Shown here in pieces: positions 61,921-64,000 of a stretch of DNA of 64,000 nt; position 1 is the stretch's first letter; each line of letters begins with the position of its first letter. The stretch spans positions 64,001 through 128,000 of the forward strand of contig CAWJMB010000002.1 in assembly GCA_963843845.1 (NCBI GenBank). Reading direction: 5' to 3'. A program made the position numbers and the translations under genes. Below the pieces are notes generated by a model, which searched no databases, was not told the DNA's origin, and saw only the letters and a program-made list of their open reading frames with translations. Origin of the DNA: an uncultured Gemmatimonadaceae bacterium (GTDB lineage: Bacteria > Gemmatimonadota > Gemmatimonadetes > Gemmatimonadales > Gemmatimonadaceae).

Positions 61921-63033
61921 ATGCGGTTCACGATCTCGCGAGAGAAGTTGCAGGAAGGCCTCGGCGCCGTCGCGGCGAGCATCCCGGCGAAGACGACGCT
62001 CCCGGTGCTCTCGAACATCCTGCTCGAGACGACCGACCGCGGGATCCGGCTCTCGGGGACCGACCTCGACATCGCGGTGAGCACGGAAGTCGCGGCCGAC
62101 GTCGAGACGCAGGGCGCGATCACGATCCCGGCGAAGAAGCTGAGCGAGATCGCGCGCGAGCTGCCGCCGTCGCCGGTGAAGATGTCGGCGAGCGGGGAGC
62201 AGCGGATCAGCCTCGAGTGCGGTCGGTCGCGCTTCAAGCTGCTCGGGCTGCCGAAAGACGAGTTCCCGGCGTTCCCCGGGGTGAAGTTCGACGAGAGCTG
62301 GCGGGTGAAGAGCGGCGAGCTGCAGAAGCTCATCATGCACACGGCGTTCGCGGTGAGCACGGAGGAGAGTCGCCCGATCCTGAACGGGGTGCTGTGGGAG
62401 CTGCGGCCCGACCGGATGCGCATGGTCGCGACGAACGGGCACCGGCTGGCGAAGATGGAGGAGCCGATCGCGTCGAGCGGCGGCCAGCAGGGCGACCTCA
62501 TCGTGCCGCCGAAGGCGCTCGAGCAGATCCGCCGACTGTTCCCGGCCGACGAGGAGCTCGAGATCGCGCGCGGCGACAATCACCTCGGCTTCCGCTCGCC
62601 GGTGACGTCGGTGTTCACGCGACTGATCGAGGGGCCGTACCCGCCGTACGAGCAGGTCATCCCGAAGGACAACGACAAGGTCGCGATCGCCGACAAGGCG
62701 TCGCTGACGCAGGCACTGAAGCGCATGTCGGTCGTCGCGAGCGACCAGACGCACCGCATCCGACTGTCGTTCAATACGGGGATGCTCAAGTTCTCCGTGC
62801 AGACGCCGGACCTGGGCGAGGCACAGGACGAGCTGCCGATCCGCTACGAGGGGGACCAGCTCGACATCGGGTTCAACGCGTCGTACCTGCTCGAGATCCT
62901 GCGCTTCATGCCGACCGAAGAAGTGAAGCTGACGTTCCGGGCGCCGGAGCGGGCGGCGACGATCGAGCCGGAGGGGTGGGACGACCCGGGACAGTATCTG
63001 TGTCTGGTGATGCCGCTGCGGCTCATGGACTGA
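61921..63033 (+). CDS. dnaN: DNA polymerase III beta clamp
   Basis: GTDLD, SRPILNG, VATNGHRL, LIEGPYP.Y, GFN and LVMPLR motifs. Confidence 0.98.
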   Translation: MRFTISREKLQEGLGAVAASIPAKTTLPVLSNILLETTDRGIRLSGTDLDIAVSTEVAADVETQGAITIPAKKLSEIARELPPSPVKMSASGEQRISLECGRSRFKLLGLPKDEFPAFPGVKFDESWRVKSGELQKLIMHTAFAVSTEESRPILNGVLWELRPDRMRMVATNGHRLAKMEEPIASSGGQQGDLIVPPKALEQIRRLFPADEELEIARGDNHLGFRSPVTSVFTRLIEGPYPPYEQVIPKDNDKVAIADKASLTQALKRMSVVASDQTHRIRLSFNTGMLKFSVQTPDLGEAQDELPIRYEGDQLDIGFNASYLLEILRFMPTEEVKLTFRAPERAATIEPEGWDDPGQYLCLVMPLRLMD

Positions 63034-63087
63034 CGCGGCGGCTTCGGTTTCGTGCGGGGGTCCGACCCGCGCTCCCCGCTATGACAG

Positions 63088-63122
63088 CGCCCGCCGACGA
63101 GTCATCGTCGGCGGGCGTTCTC
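63088..63122 (+). terminator. Hairpin after dnaN
   Basis: CGCCCGCCGACGA-GTCA-TCGTCGGCGGGCG followed by a weak T-tract. Confidence 0.6.
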
Positions 63123-63304
63123 GTCTCGCATTCGCACACCGATCTCTCATGCCGAGAGCGAAGTCACAGCCTGCCGACACGACGGCGCGCCGGCTCGTGA
63201 TCCACCTGTGAGCCACGACCTGGCGCCTCTGTAGCCGATCAACTCCAAGCGCGAACCGCGAGCCCCCTGATCGCCGGTTCGGCAGCTATCTCCCCGAGGC
63301 ACTC

Positions 63305-63820
63305 ATGGAGCTCCGCACCGACCGGTGTACGCTGCGCCCGTTCCGGTTCGCCGACGCGGCGAGCGTCGCGCGGCACGCCGACAACCGGCAGATCTGGCTC
63401 AATCTGCGCGACCTGTTCCCCCACCCCTACACGGTCGCCGACGCCGAGCGGTACGTGGCGCGGGTGGCCGCGGAGATGCCGGTCACCCGGTTCGCGATCG
63501 ACGTGGGCGGCGAGGCGGTCGGCAGTGTGAGCCTGAAGCTCGGCAGCGACGTCGAGCGCCGGTCGGCCGAGATCGGGTACTGGCTCGGGGAGGCGTACTG
63601 GGGGCGGGGGATCATGAGCGCAGCGGTCGGTGCCGTGACCGCGTACGCGCACCGGGAGCTGGACCTGCTGCGGGTCTTCGCGGTCCCGTTCGCTCGGAAC
63701 CCGGCGTCGGTGCGGGTGCTGGAGCGGGCAGGCTATCGACGTGAGGGGGTCATGCGACGGAGCGCGGTCAAGGACGGCGAGATCCTCGATCAGTACCTGT
63801 ACGCCGCGGTCCGCGAGTGA
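63305..63820 (+). CDS. RimJ/RimL-type GNAT acetyltransferase
   Basis: AEIGYWLGEAYWGRGI and NPASVRVLE motifs. Confidence 0.92.
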   Translation: MELRTDRCTLRPFRFADAASVARHADNRQIWLNLRDLFPHPYTVADAERYVARVAAEMPVTRFAIDVGGEAVGSVSLKLGSDVERRSAEIGYWLGEAYWGRGIMSAAVGAVTAYAHRELDLLRVFAVPFARNPASVRVLERAGYRREGVMRRSAVKDGEILDQYLYAAVRE

Positions 63821-63861
63821 TGAATGCCGAGCGACGAGCGATGCCCGAACGCCGAGAATCC

Positions 63862-64000
63862 ATGATCGTCCGTACCTGGCGCGCGAGCGCCGCGACCGAC
63901 CGGCGGCACAGCTACCCGGAGCACTTCGCCGCCGCCGTCCTCCCGGCGCTCCGCTCGGTGCCGGGCTTCCTCGGCGCCTACCTGCTGGAGCGCGAGGTCG
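63862..64000 (+). CDS. ABM-like dimeric alpha/beta-barrel protein (truncated by window edge)
   Basis: MIVRTW...VLPALRSVPGFLGAYLL. Confidence 0.7.
   Translation, partial: MIVRTWRASAATDRRHSYPEHFAAAVLPALRSVPGFLGAYLLEREV

Overview
Very GC-rich bacterial chromosome segment. Gene content and style suggest Gemmatimonadota, but this is inference only. The right end holds the replication origin region (mnmE-yidC-yidD-rnpA-rpmH <- -> dnaA-oriC-dnaN). The rest is accessory and housekeeping genes: cheB/hybrid kinase, a wHTH-uppS operon, a solitary PD-(D/E)XK-type nuclease, an atypical P450, a 7-gene CsoR-linked copper cluster, a TonB receptor plus lipoprotein pair, and an Slt. Many genes at about 17-26 kb and 52-59 kb carry 1-bp indels, including yidC and mnmE, most likely assembly errors. 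The best candidate for an undescribed system is a two-gene RiPP locus at 27.3-29.1 kb. It encodes a 132-aa precursor with three 19-aa repeats (C-[AQ]-P-[QK]-K-F-I-K-[VL]-P-x-P-E) translationally coupled to a radical SAM/SPASM maturase, with a divergent creatininase/MftE-like amidohydrolase next to it. Other notable signals are an over-represented octamer CGTTAGGC (21 copies, mostly placed through the rare TTA codon), two decayed integron-cassette-like units, and an operator-like motif repeated inside the uppS 5' end.
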